Below are positions 35,565 through 44,904 of a stretch of DNA of 64,000 bases, in pieces; the first letter of the stretch is position 1; the number at the start of each line of letters is the position of its first letter. Below the pieces are notes generated by a model, which searched no databases, was not told the DNA's origin, and saw nothing but the letters and a program-made list of their open reading frames with translations. The DNA is taken from NCBI GenBank assembly GCA_004193555.1, contig RPGP01000040.1, positions 65,127 through 129,126 of the forward strand, written 5' to 3'. This DNA comes from Desulfobacteraceae bacterium Eth-SRB1. GTDB taxonomy: Bacteria; Desulfobacterota; Desulfobacteria; Desulfobacterales; ETH-SRB1. Both the position numbers and the translations under genes were made by a program.

Positions 35565-36911
35565 TTGTTGACTCAATTGCTTCAAATACGCCGGCAGATG
35601 GCTTGCCTCTCTCGGTCCGACAAGGACCTTCCAGCCCGGAAGTTCCTCTTCAAGTTCTCCGCTTATGGATGACAGATAACCGGGAATCACAAGTTTGCGA
35701 TGCTTGATCCTGTCCTCAATGCCGGATTTCTTTATAAAAACGCCTATTGTATCAGCGCCGAATTTTCCTGCTGCCCAGGCGGTCAGAACCGAAAGCCCTT
35801 CAGTGTCTTTAATCAACAGATAAACAGGAACCCGGCTCGAATCAATTTCACCTGAGACAATAAAATAGGTCAAAGAAAAATTCCCGGTAATAATCACAGG
35901 CGAATTTTCATCTACAGCGCCGATCTCATAGATCTTTTCCTCTACGGTCATAGGCCTCTGCGGATCAGTAAATATATTCATGCTTGCAAGAAGAAGCGGA
36001 AATATACTGTGGCCTTCTATCCCGGACAGAACGATAATGCTGCCGTATTTTGTCATCATCTGACAGGCAATCATAGCCTCTTTCATGGGATCATCGGTCA
36101 TCTCGCACGGAAAAACTATTGTGGGAAATCCAAAAGGCTTAAACCTTTTCATCAAAGCGGATCTTCTGATAATAATCTGATCCTCCAGAACCTTTCCGGC
36201 AGTCCTGGCTCCTGAATCAAGGACAAGGTCCTTCAGCCCCATACCGACTAATCTTTCAGCAAAACCAGCCAGCTCCTCCAGGTTATTACCTTTAACCGCC
36301 AGGGGGCATGAAAACTCAAGGGCAAGATTGCCTAATGTCTCCAGATTATTGCCGGTAGCGGCATATATAAGCGGCTTCCTGCCCGAACATGCTCTAACTG
36401 TGCGCGAAAGCGCCTCTGTATCCTCATTCATCAGCACAAACCCTGCATCGGTCTCCCTGCATACTTTTGCAGCCAATGCCTCAAACCTTGAACTCTCCCC
36501 GGAATCTCCTTTGATCGCTATAAGTTCCGGCCTCATGACAACTCCGACACGTTCATAAACCGCATTGTTAAACCTGGTCAACCTGTCGGAAACCGTTTCT
36601 TCATCCATCTTATCCGAAAGAAAAAGCGTAAACACCGGAGGGTTTTCAAAACGTTTCTCATGCCGGAACATGAATGCTTCCCCTCCTATCTTAACTGCCC
36701 TTTCACCTGCACCTATAATCACTGTTCTCACAGGAGGGGCTGAAGCCTCCCCGATCTCTTCCTTAACCTCTTCTGAAATATCAGGACACGCTTCAATCTC
36801 TGCCTGGCCTGTTGCCAGTTTCATTGCAAACGCCAGGCATGTAGGAACCCCGCACTTGCCACAATTCGTTTTTGGCAGTTTTTTAAATATCTCTATTCCG
36901 GAAAGCCCCAT
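35562..36911 (-). CDS. acsC: Corrinoid iron-sulfur protein large subunit (AcsC/CdhE)
   Basis: N-terminal 4Fe-4S motif CGKCGVPTCLAFAMKL. 449 aa. Confidence 0.9.
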   Translation of the reverse strand: MGLSGIEIFKKLPKTNCGKCGVPTCLAFAMKLATGQAEIEACPDISEEVKEEIGEASAPPVRTVIIGAGERAVKIGGEAFMFRHEKRFENPPVFTLFLSDKMDEETVSDRLTRFNNAVYERVGVVMRPELIAIKGDSGESSRFEALAAKVCRETDAGFVLMNEDTEALSRTVRACSGRKPLIYAATGNNLETLGNLALEFSCPLAVKGNNLEELAGFAERLVGMGLKDLVLDSGARTAGKVLEDQIIIRRSALMKRFKPFGFPTIVFPCEMTDDPMKEAMIACQMMTKYGSIIVLSGIEGHSIFPLLLASMNIFTDPQRPMTVEEKIYEIGAVDENSPVIITGNFSLTYFIVSGEIDSSRVPVYLLIKDTEGLSVLTAWAAGKFGADTIGVFIKKSGIEDRIKHRKLVIPGYLSSISGELEEELPGWKVLVGPREASHLPAYLKQLSQQ

Positions 36912-36983
36912 AAGTATTCTTCTCCTGTAGCAATTTTAAGGTGACATTTAAAGTTACAAGTTAGTGCACCTTCAGTGCAGACA

Positions 36984-37223
36984 TAAGTGCCTAAAATGAG
37001 CTAAAGTGCCTAAAATGCCTAAAGTTGTGGTACGCCTTCGGCGTGCTATATATTTTCAGTGCTTGCTTATAAGTTCAGACCCGCCGTGCTCGCGCCTGTC
37101 GCTGCAGGTAGAAACACAGTAAGCAAAGTAGTATGGTGAAAAAAATTAAAATTGGTAGCGCCAAAGAAGCATTCCTTAACTTTAGGCACTTTAATATACT
37201 TTAGTTCACTTTAGGCACTTTAA
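36984..37223 (+). repeat. GCCTAAAGT-family palindromic element, copy 3 (acsB-acsC gap)
   Basis: TAAGTGCCTAAAATGAGCTAAAGTGCCTAAAATGCCTAAAGTTGTGGTACGCCTTCGGCG ... GCATTCCTTAACTTTAGGCACTTTAATATACTTTAGTTCACTTTAGGCACTTTAA. Confidence 0.9.
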
Positions 37224-37227
37224 TTTT

Positions 37228-39432
37228 CTATAGCAACGGATCCATGGTAAGCGCAGGATGCCCCTTTTCCTGAAGAAACGGAAGTATTTCTTCTTCGGTA
37301 ATTCCTACTGTTTCATCGGCTATCATATCAAAAAAACCTGGAATCCCGATATCTTCGCATACCGGCTTCACCCGCTCTGCTATCTCCTCTTTCAACATCT
37401 TTGGAAGCCATACAACCCGCTTTAGCCCCCCTTCGGCTTTGAGAAATTTCCTGCTGCTTATATAATGCTTGCTTATTCCAAGAAAACCGGGAGTCTGGTT
37501 CCCGCCGCCAACCAAACCTGCCAGGGTTGTAAATTTCATTCCAGACGGGGTCATCCCCATAAAATCCCTGTTTACCACCATAACACCATTACACATGGGA
37601 AGAATTGTCGTCACGCACTCAAAACATCCGCACGCTGTCATTGGAAATTCCATCAGACTATAAGCATTTACCGTCTCTATCTTTTGACGGGAAGCCTTTG
37701 ACACAAAACCATTAATTTCCTTCCACTGGCCTTTTACAGGGTCTAAACATTCTCCCCTGTCTATGGGCTGATTGGGTCCGGTTGGATTAATTTCATTGGA
37801 GACCTTGCAATCCAGCCAGTTGTAAGCTCCGCACATCCCTGTACGTTCAGGAGTTACTATGCAGACATGACTTGGAGCAAAAGACTGACAAAGCGTACAT
37901 GAATAATAGATCTCTTCAGTCTCATCGGTCATCCCTTCAATACGTTCATCCCTCTGTTTATACACAGTTGTTGCCAGTTTAATCAGCTCTTTGACTTTAG
38001 CCTCATCTGTATAGATTTTTACCTGCACTTTATCTATTATATTCTCAAACTCCTGATGGTATTTTGCATGAATCATCCTGCCGATATGTTTTAATAAAAA
38101 GCCTTTTTCAGCCGCTTTTTTACCTATCCTGAGCCACATGATATTTCTCTGGCCTATATGCATTACTCCCTGAATATAATTAATCAAATGATGGATCTGA
38201 CGCTCCAGGATCGGTTCAAAGTCAGGCTGCATCTGACGGCCGGCCACCTCAATCAACAAGCCGAACGGAAGTTTATCCCCTTCCTTCACCTGATCCAGAT
38301 CCTTACCGATTATCTCTATCTTTCCATCCTCTACTTCGGACATATCTTTTGAAACCGTCAACTCAACAGCAAGTGTTCTCCCTCCGCCGCACTCAAAGAA
38401 AAGATCTTCCTTGCGAATACGCTCCCCTTCAAATGCCGGTCCATAAGACATGGGGATATCAATCTTACTTACCTTTATTTTCAATCCCCTGACATCGATA
38501 GCCTTCTGGACTATCTGATCATGAGGAATGTTACCGACAACCAGTTCATAATTACATATTCCCGCAGAAACCAGCCCGGGAACCGGTGTGTCGGCTATAA
38601 CCGGAACCCCCCAGTTAATGGCGCCGGCCGCATTGGCAACCCATTCATCCGTAACAGCGCCCAATGCTATTATAAAAGCAAACACTCCCCCTCTACTAAA
38701 AGAAAGGTTTCCGTTAAAATCTCCCGGCTTAATCCCGCCAAAAGACATAGCCGCGCGAGTTACAAACCCGACCGCAAATACCGCTGCCGTATAGCCTGGG
38801 CCGAAAGAAACCAGCCTTGTGGGCCACCCGATCTGAACACCGGCTTCCACAAGCTGCTCCGACATTGTCTTCCCGTCATGACCCGCACACATTAATACAT
38901 ACAGGTTTTTTTCCTGAAGCTCTGTCGCGATCTTTACCGCAATCCCGGTAGTAGGAGCTGCGCCTAATATAATGGCAAAGCCGGGGGCGCTGCCGTCAAC
39001 AAACTCCACCCCGCGCTTTCGCATAATAATATCATCGGCAGCTCCAAGCCAGATATTGTCAATCAGCGTATCCTCTGTTTTTGTATAATAATCCGGCTTT
39101 TCAAGATATTTTATCGCCTCAAGAATCTCTTCTGCGAAAAGGGTGATCATGCCTGCTTCGAGCGCCGGGTCCATATAAGGGAGCCAAAGCTCATCGTCAA
39201 CCAGGGGAGGAAGAAGCGCTTTGCATTTATTCAGAACCTCACGAGCATTGCCAAGCATTTCCACGGGAATCCCAAGCATTGCATAGATAACCGGAAGATA
39301 ATAAGTTGTATTGGGAAACCCGATATTCTGATTCGGGCCCCACTTTTCCAGCGCATCATTACATTTTACTTCTGCCATACCCACGATCTTGTGGGCGCCT
39401 CGAATAGCTGCTGAACAAATAATCTTTGACAC
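37228..39432 (-). CDS. acsB: CO-methylating acetyl-CoA synthase (AcsB/CdhC)
   Basis: 734 aa. A-cluster ligand motifs CTLCQSFAPSHVCIVTPERTGMCGA and ACGCFEC. Confidence 0.95.
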   Translation of the reverse strand: MSKIICSAAIRGAHKIVGMAEVKCNDALEKWGPNQNIGFPNTTYYLPVIYAMLGIPVEMLGNAREVLNKCKALLPPLVDDELWLPYMDPALEAGMITLFAEEILEAIKYLEKPDYYTKTEDTLIDNIWLGAADDIIMRKRGVEFVDGSAPGFAIILGAAPTTGIAVKIATELQEKNLYVLMCAGHDGKTMSEQLVEAGVQIGWPTRLVSFGPGYTAAVFAVGFVTRAAMSFGGIKPGDFNGNLSFSRGGVFAFIIALGAVTDEWVANAAGAINWGVPVIADTPVPGLVSAGICNYELVVGNIPHDQIVQKAIDVRGLKIKVSKIDIPMSYGPAFEGERIRKEDLFFECGGGRTLAVELTVSKDMSEVEDGKIEIIGKDLDQVKEGDKLPFGLLIEVAGRQMQPDFEPILERQIHHLINYIQGVMHIGQRNIMWLRIGKKAAEKGFLLKHIGRMIHAKYHQEFENIIDKVQVKIYTDEAKVKELIKLATTVYKQRDERIEGMTDETEEIYYSCTLCQSFAPSHVCIVTPERTGMCGAYNWLDCKVSNEINPTGPNQPIDRGECLDPVKGQWKEINGFVSKASRQKIETVNAYSLMEFPMTACGCFECVTTILPMCNGVMVVNRDFMGMTPSGMKFTTLAGLVGGGNQTPGFLGISKHYISSRKFLKAEGGLKRVVWLPKMLKEEIAERVKPVCEDIGIPGFFDMIADETVGITEEEILPFLQEKGHPALTMDPLL

Positions 39433-39435
39433 GGT

Positions 39436-40392
39436 TTACCCCTCTCTTCTATTCATTAATTCCTCAATTGATTCTTTCACCAATGCAATCGCCTCGGGAT
39501 GTCTCATTATCAAAACATCAGCTCCTGCCATAAGCAGACACTGGGCCGTCAATGCTTCAAACAAAATACCCCTCTTCTTCTGATTACCCAGCAGGGGCGC
39601 CTCTTCCTCGCTCAATTTTACCTCTTTTGTCTTCCATACATCTTTTGCAAGATCGAGAATTATCGGGAACTGAAGTCTTTCATCTTCCTGGGTAAGCGCT
39701 GCCATCCTTATCCGTTCCATCACACTATATGTATATTCAAGCCCGTAGCCTATAACGCCTATTGACGGATCAATAATAAGCTTATCATCAGAAACATTTA
39801 AATTCCCCAGGAGGATATTAAGCTGTTTTGCCAGATTTATATCAATGGGTGTGGAAGCGACAACAGTATGATTATACGCAATCGCTGTTGCCCCAATCGC
39901 ACGATAGTTACCCTCCGCTACAGGGCCGATTATCAGGTTTCTCCCATCACATATTTCGCAAACACTCCTTAATACCTCGGCATCCTTATCAACATCTCCA
40001 CACCCCCAGACAATCAGCGGGACATCCGTTTCATCCGATACTTTTTTTGCAATAGCCGCCGCCTTATCAGCCGGTATATTCTCGGCGTTTGGGTCGGTGC
40101 TCGCCATCTGCAGCGCAATCATTTCGGCCCCATACACATCAATGCATTTTCCGGCCCATGCCACTGGATCGTGAATAACGTCGGCAAAAGGCTCTATTGC
40201 CGCTTCCGGCCAATCTTCAGGCACGCTGTCATACACCTCCATGGCTATTTTCGGTGGATGCGGCATCGTTCCTTCAAATAGATGAAAGGGATAACATGAC
40301 TCACCGCCAACAGTTATGTTATTCCCCTCCTGTCCTAACAAAATTTCTTTTATCTTTCCTGTATAAGCAAGCTTTGGAATCTCTATTGTCAA
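39436..40392 (-). CDS. acsD: Corrinoid iron-sulfur protein small subunit (AcsD/CdhD)
   Basis: 318 aa. TTG start with AGGGGG 6 nt upstream. 3 nt upstream of acsB. Confidence 0.85.
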   Translation of the reverse strand: MTIEIPKLAYTGKIKEILLGQEGNNITVGGESCYPFHLFEGTMPHPPKIAMEVYDSVPEDWPEAAIEPFADVIHDPVAWAGKCIDVYGAEMIALQMASTDPNAENIPADKAAAIAKKVSDETDVPLIVWGCGDVDKDAEVLRSVCEICDGRNLIIGPVAEGNYRAIGATAIAYNHTVVASTPIDINLAKQLNILLGNLNVSDDKLIIDPSIGVIGYGLEYTYSVMERIRMAALTQEDERLQFPIILDLAKDVWKTKEVKLSEEEAPLLGNQKKRGILFEALTAQCLLMAGADVLIMRHPEAIALVKESIEELMNRREG

Positions 40393-40428
40393 TTCATACC
40401 CCCTTGTTATGATTGATGATTACTCCGG

Positions 40429-40551
40429 CTACTGCTTACTGCTTACTGCCTACTGCCTACTGCCTACCGCTTACTGCCTACTGCCTACCGCCTACTGCTC
40501 ACTGCTCACCGCTTACTGCTCACTGCTCTCTGACCTCCGACTTCCGACCTC
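40429..40551. repeat. (CTACTGC)14 perfectly phased heptamer array plus GACCTCCGACTTCCGACC words, overlapping the folD 3' end
   Basis: 14 consecutive 7-nt units (YYACYGC variants) at 40429-40526, then TGACCTCCGACTTCCGACCTC at 40531-40551. Confidence 0.95.
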
Positions 40552-41425
40552 TGTTTAAGAAGGCTGCTTCCACCGTATTTTTCATAAGCATGACAATCGT
40601 CATCGGGCCGACGCCGCCGGGCACAGGTGTTATTGCAGCGGCCTTTTCTTTTACACTGTCAAAGTCCACATCTCCGGACAGGATAGACTTCCCTTCAGGG
40701 GTCTTGCCGACCCTGTTTACTCCCACATCAATAACCACCACACCTTCTTTTACCATATCACCGGAAATCGTTTTTGGCCGGCCAATGGCCGCAATCAGTA
40801 TATCTGCCCGTTTTGTGTGAAATTCCAGATTCTTTGTTCTTGTATGACATATAGTAACCGTTGCATTTCCACCGGGTCTTTTTTGAAGCATCAGGTTAAG
40901 GATCGGCTTTCCAACGATATTGCTTCTTCCCACAATCACTACTTCCGCTCCTTCTGTTTGTATATTGGAACGGAGTAAAAGTTCCAGAATCCCATGAGGT
41001 GTACATGGAATAAAACATCTTTTACCTAACATCATCTTCCCAACATTTACAGGATGGAAACCATCCACATCCTTATCAGGATCAATAGCGCAAATAACGC
41101 TGTATTCGTCGATATGTTCAGGAAGCGGAAGTTGCACCAATACTCCGTGAATCTGTGGATCTTTGTTCAATTTATCGATTATCGACAGAAGGTCTTTCTC
41201 CGAAGTTTCTGCCGGCAAATCAACCCTTTTAGAATAGATGCCTAAATTCCTGCACGATTTTTCCTTCTGTCCGACATATATACCGGAAGCCGGATCGTCA
41301 CCCACAAGAATTGTGGCCAACCCCGGGATTACTCCATGTTTTTCCTTTAATCCGGCTATCTCTTTTTGCAGATCTTCCCGTATCTGTCCGGCGATTTGGG
41401 TTCCGCTGATAATCTTCGCAGGCAT
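40520..41425 (-). CDS. folD: Bifunctional methylene-THF dehydrogenase/methenyl-THF cyclohydrolase
   Basis: Typical FolD ([38 protein letters not shown]). The last 9 codons and the stop lie in repeat DNA. Confidence 0.95.
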   Translation of the reverse strand: MPAKIISGTQIAGQIREDLQKEIAGLKEKHGVIPGLATILVGDDPASGIYVGQKEKSCRNLGIYSKRVDLPAETSEKDLLSIIDKLNKDPQIHGVLVQLPLPEHIDEYSVICAIDPDKDVDGFHPVNVGKMMLGKRCFIPCTPHGILELLLRSNIQTEGAEVVIVGRSNIVGKPILNLMLQKRPGGNATVTICHTRTKNLEFHTKRADILIAAIGRPKTISGDMVKEGVVVIDVGVNRVGKTPEGKSILSGDVDFDSVKEKAAAITPVPGGVGPMTIVMLMKNTVEAAFLNRGRKSEVREQ

Positions 41426-41439
41426 TATTGTAATCTCCC

Positions 41440-43203
41440 TTAAAACAACCCTTTTACTTTTCCGGTCTCCACATCCACATCAATCCGCCTGTATGCAGGA
41501 TCAGAAGCGGTGCCGGGCATAAGCTTAATCTCTCCCGCAACAGGCACAATAAAGCCCGCCCCATGATAGGTCAAAACATCTCTTACCGGAAGAGTCCAGC
41601 CTCGCGGCACACCTTTTCTGTCTGGATCATGAGAAAGGCTTAGATGTGTTTTAACCATACATACTCCCAGTTTCGACAATTCAGAGTCCTGTTCGATCGT
41701 CTTTGCCTTTGCCTCGGCCATGGGAGTATATGTTACGCCGTCCGCACCATACACCTCTCTCGCAATTAACTCGATCCGATCACGCAAAGGGGTTTCCAGA
41801 TCATAAAGAAAGTGGAATCTGTTTTCCTCTTCACATGCATCAATAACCGCTTCGGCAAATTCCAGCGCTCCGTCTCCGCCCTTTAGCCAATGATCAGCAA
41901 CGGCTACGCGGGCGCCGGCGGCCTCTGCCATCCTGCAAACAGCTTTTATCTCATCCCTGGTGTCTGTGTGAAAAGAATTAATACAGACTACAGGATTTAT
42001 CCCTGCCTTTTTGACGCACTTAATGTGATGAGCCAGGTTCTCACATCCCTTTTCCACCCAGTCAACATGTTCTTTTAGATAAGCCGGATCCATCGGCTTG
42101 CCCGGAGGAAATGAAGGCCCGCCGCCATGGCATTTAAGCGCCCTGATTGTCGCTACTATCACCGCACAGTTAGGTTTTAATCCGCTAAATCGACATTTCA
42201 GGTTCCAGAATTTTTCAAAACCTATATCAGCGCCAAATCCGCTTTCCGTAACATGATAATCTGCAAGTTTCAACCCAACACTGTCCGCAATAATAGATGA
42301 CTGGCCTATGGCAATATTTGCAAATGGCCCTGCATGCACAAAAACCGGCTGTCCTTCCAGAGTCTGGATTAGATTTGGATTAATGGCATCCGCCATCCAT
42401 GCTGTCATGGCGCCGTCAACCTCAAGATCTGCCGTTGTAACAGGATCACCCTTCCTGTTGCAGGCAACCACTATTTTCCCCATCCGCTCACGCATGTCCT
42501 TCAGACTTGTTGAAACCGCTAATATCGCCATTATCTCAGAGCTGCCGGCAATATTAAATTTAGACTGCATGGGAAAACCATCCATCTTCCCCCCAAGGCC
42601 GATAATGATATTTCGCAACGACTGAGCGCAAAAATCGATAACCCACCCCATTTCTATGTTTTTGGGGTTAATATCAAGCCGTTTTAGGCTCTTATCGGCG
42701 AGAACCTCATCAGAATAGTTGTTTTCATGCTGCATCCTGGCAGTTAAGGCCACCATGGCAAGGTTATGCGCATTCATGATTGCATATGTATCACCCGTAA
42801 GGCCAAATGAAAACGGCGTCAGGGGAATACACTGTGCAAGCCCTCCACCCGCAGCGCTTCCCTTTATATTCATTGTCGGGCCACCGGAAGGCTGGCGTAT
42901 AGCGCCAACAACCTTTTTCCCAAGCCTGCCCAGCCCTTGTACTAATCCAATAACTGTAGTGCTTTTCCCTTCTCCAAGCGGCGTGGGCGTGATAGCCGTA
43001 ACATCAATATATTTAGCGTCATCTCTCTTTTTAAGCCGCTTTAAAACCTTTGCAAAATCAATCTTTGCCACATAATTTCCATAGGGAAGTAGTTCCTCTC
43101 TATCCAGCCCAAGCTCCTCGCTCAATTGATAAACCGTTTTCATTTCTCTTTCAGCATAGCCTGCGATTTCCCAATCCTTATGCTTTCTCGGATCAACGAA
43201 CAT
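41440..43203 (-). CDS. fhs: Formate--tetrahydrofolate ligase
   Basis: 587 aa. [12 protein letters not shown]-loop. Confidence 0.97.
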   Translation of the reverse strand: MFVDPRKHKDWEIAGYAEREMKTVYQLSEELGLDREELLPYGNYVAKIDFAKVLKRLKKRDDAKYIDVTAITPTPLGEGKSTTVIGLVQGLGRLGKKVVGAIRQPSGGPTMNIKGSAAGGGLAQCIPLTPFSFGLTGDTYAIMNAHNLAMVALTARMQHENNYSDEVLADKSLKRLDINPKNIEMGWVIDFCAQSLRNIIIGLGGKMDGFPMQSKFNIAGSSEIMAILAVSTSLKDMRERMGKIVVACNRKGDPVTTADLEVDGAMTAWMADAINPNLIQTLEGQPVFVHAGPFANIAIGQSSIIADSVGLKLADYHVTESGFGADIGFEKFWNLKCRFSGLKPNCAVIVATIRALKCHGGGPSFPPGKPMDPAYLKEHVDWVEKGCENLAHHIKCVKKAGINPVVCINSFHTDTRDEIKAVCRMAEAAGARVAVADHWLKGGDGALEFAEAVIDACEEENRFHFLYDLETPLRDRIELIAREVYGADGVTYTPMAEAKAKTIEQDSELSKLGVCMVKTHLSLSHDPDRKGVPRGWTLPVRDVLTYHGAGFIVPVAGEIKLMPGTASDPAYRRIDVDVETGKVKGLF

Positions 43204-43258
43204 AACTTTTCCCTTTCATATAAAACATAACCGACGGCTGCCTAAAAAAACAAATCTA

Positions 43259-43336
43259 CCACAGAGCACACAGAGAGCGCAGAGATAACTGTTTAAAATT
43301 ACAAGATTTATTCTGAATTCTCTGTGTGCTCTGTGG
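43259..43336. repeat. Perfect 18-bp inverted repeat upstream of fhs
   Basis: CCACAGAGCACACAGAGA (43259-43276) / TCTCTGTGTGCTCTGTGG (43319-43336), followed by a half TAAAAAGT terminus (GACTTTTTACAAAATTATCA). Confidence 0.9.
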
Positions 43337-43463
43337 TGACAAACCGACTTTTTACAAAATTATCATTTATTAATTTGGATTCCATCATGCGGGTTAGGCT
43401 CTAACGGCTCGAAAAAATAAGTATTTGATTCGATATGTTGGAGGGTTTTGATGAAAAAGTTGA

Positions 43464-44099
43464 TTAAAGAAAAATCGATGCATTTTTCTGCATTATTTCA
43501 AAGTCTTTCTCAGTCAGACCAGCGCCGCAAACAATCAATTTAGCCCTGTTTATATCTATCAGATCGCCTGGAGCATGTGTATCTGTGTTAATTACAAGCT
43601 TAGCACCGATTTTTAGAGCAAGCTTTCCAACATGTCCGTTTGTCAGCGAATGCCCTTTACGAGCCGATATCTCCAAAAAAATCCCTCTTTCCTTTGCTTT
43701 TAAAACTTCCTCTTCAGTAATAAGGCCGGGATGCGCCAAAATATCGATATCTGCTTCCAGAGCAGCGCTATTGGTGCCTGGAGCAACCGGTTCGGCAATT
43801 GTTTCGCCGTGAACGATAATAATCTTTGCGCCAAGAGAACGTGCTTTTTTAGCGCTTTCCGCAATCAACGAAGGAGGAACGTGTGTGATCTCAATACCGG
43901 GGACAACCTTTATGTTGACAACTCTGTTTAATGCCTCTGTCAGCGCAACAATTCTGGGAATAATAAAATCGATATTTGATGAATCTCCATGATCTGTAAT
44001 TCCAATTCCCTTTAATCCGGCAAATTCAGCGCGTCTCACCAACTCAGATGGAATCAAGACTCCATCACTAAAAATCGAATGCGTATGAAGATCAATCAT
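43464..44099 (-). CDS. PHP-domain metal-dependent phosphoesterase
   Basis: MIDLHTHSIFSDG...ITDHGD...DTHAPGD. ATG 44099 has AAGGAG upstream. Confidence 0.75.
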   Translation of the reverse strand: MIDLHTHSIFSDGVLIPSELVRRAEFAGLKGIGITDHGDSSNIDFIIPRIVALTEALNRVVNIKVVPGIEITHVPPSLIAESAKKARSLGAKIIIVHGETIAEPVAPGTNSAALEADIDILAHPGLITEEEVLKAKERGIFLEISARKGHSLTNGHVGKLALKIGAKLVINTDTHAPGDLIDINRAKLIVCGAGLTEKDFEIMQKNASIFL

Positions 44100-44160
44100 G
44101 GCTCGTTGCTCCTTGCTCATTGCTTTCAGCTTTGAGCTTTTCTATACTTTATATTTTCTC

Positions 44161-44226
44161 TTAACACTTAACACCTAACACCTGACACCTGACACTTAAC
44201 ACCTGACACTTAACACCTAACACCTC
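44161..44226. repeat. (YTRACAC)9 heptamer array (GGTGTTA family)
   Basis: TTAACAC TTAACAC CTAACAC CTGACAC CTGACAC TTAACAC CTGACAC TTAACAC CTAACAC, between the nuclease and PHP genes. Confidence 0.95.
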
Positions 44227-44228
44227 AT

Positions 44229-44726
44229 TTACACCTTATATTTGCCAAAATCATCAGGAGATAATTTGTCAAGATATTCCGCCCACTTTTCCCCTTCTTT
44301 ACTTTTGTCCAGAACCTCAACATGGCCGTCCGACTCATTTGATTTTTCAATAACACTGTCATCAACATAAATCGGGGCCTGAAAGCGGAGAGCAATGGCG
44401 ATCGCATCGCTTGGCCGGGCATCCATACTGAAATCTTTTTCCTCGGAAGTAAAAAATATCCTGGCATAAAATGTGTTATCCCTTAAATCGCACACTTCAA
44501 TTTTCGACACAGCAATATTTTGCATATCAACAAAATTCTTAAAAAGATCGTGAGTCATGGGACGCTCGTATTTAATATTTTGAATGGTTGAAGCTATGGA
44601 GGTGGCTTCCAGCAATCCGATCCATATTGGAATAGACTTTCCACCCACATCCGATTTCAAGATGATAATCGGCGTGTTTGACGTAGGGTCTATGGTCAGG
44701 CCTGCTATGCTTACTTTATGCAGCAT
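44229..44726 (-). CDS. Bifunctional nuclease family protein (DUF151)
   Basis: 165 aa. ...IPIWIGLLEA..I......RPMTHDL... typical of the DUF151 DNase/RNase family. Confidence 0.7.
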   Translation of the reverse strand: MLHKVSIAGLTIDPTSNTPIIILKSDVGGKSIPIWIGLLEATSIASTIQNIKYERPMTHDLFKNFVDMQNIAVSKIEVCDLRDNTFYARIFFTSEEKDFSMDARPSDAIAIALRFQAPIYVDDSVIEKSNESDGHVEVLDKSKEGEKWAEYLDKLSPDDFGKYKV

Positions 44727-44753
44727 AACTTTTTTCTCCTTTCAAATTAAACA

Positions 44754-44904
44754 TTGATGGCTTCGTAAGTCGAAAAACCACTTTTTACGAACAGTGTTAA
44801 GTGTCAGGTGTTAAGATCTTGATATGACAGTTAAATGTTTTATCTTAACACCTAACACTTAGCGCCTGACACCTGATGAATTTGACCTTTTACGAGTTCA
44901 TCAA
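44754..44904. repeat. Composite element, inverted homolog of 31973-32124, overlapping the miaB 3' end
   Basis: TTGATGGCTTCGTAAGTCGAAAAACCACTTTTTACGAAC + GTGTTAAGTGTCAGGTGTTAAGATCTTGATATGACAGTTAAATGTTTTATCTTAACACCTAACAC... + CTGATGAATTTGACCTTTTACGAGTTCATCAA. Confidence 0.9.

Noticed and set aside
37031-37045. Canonical C(UUCG)G tetraloops in the GCCTAAAGT-family and 46304-46410 elements.
   Set aside because: On checking base pairs, the helices are CGC/GCG (or CGCC/GGCG) closing a 5-nt CTTCG loop, not a cUUCGg tetraloop on an extended stem. Only the GAAA hairpin at 10533-10552 is a textbook tetraloop.
40429-40528. Possible CRISPR array, given the regular short repeats.
   Set aside because: The units are contiguous 7-mers with no spacers. 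There are no cas genes in the window and no 25-40 nt repeat/spacer periodicity anywhere.
40413-40820. ORF-track entry translating the heptamer array ([24 protein letters not shown]...).
   Set aside because: It is a low-complexity translation of the (CTACTGC)n repeat and runs antisense through the folD 3' end. It has no RBS. The same reasoning applies to ORFs 4574..4771, 19549..19833, 26816..27001 and 31561..31800, which read through repeat words.
43399-43412. 14-nt identity CTCTAACGGCTCGA shared with 47019-47032.
   Set aside because: A handful of 14-mer matches are expected by chance in 64 kb on both strands. One copy is inside a coding region.
43204-43463. ZTP or THF riboswitch upstream of fhs/folD.
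   Set aside because: No GGGUCGUGAC/CCGCCUGGGCA-like pfl-motif elements are present. The region is occupied by an 18-bp perfect inverted repeat and a TAAAAAGT half-site.
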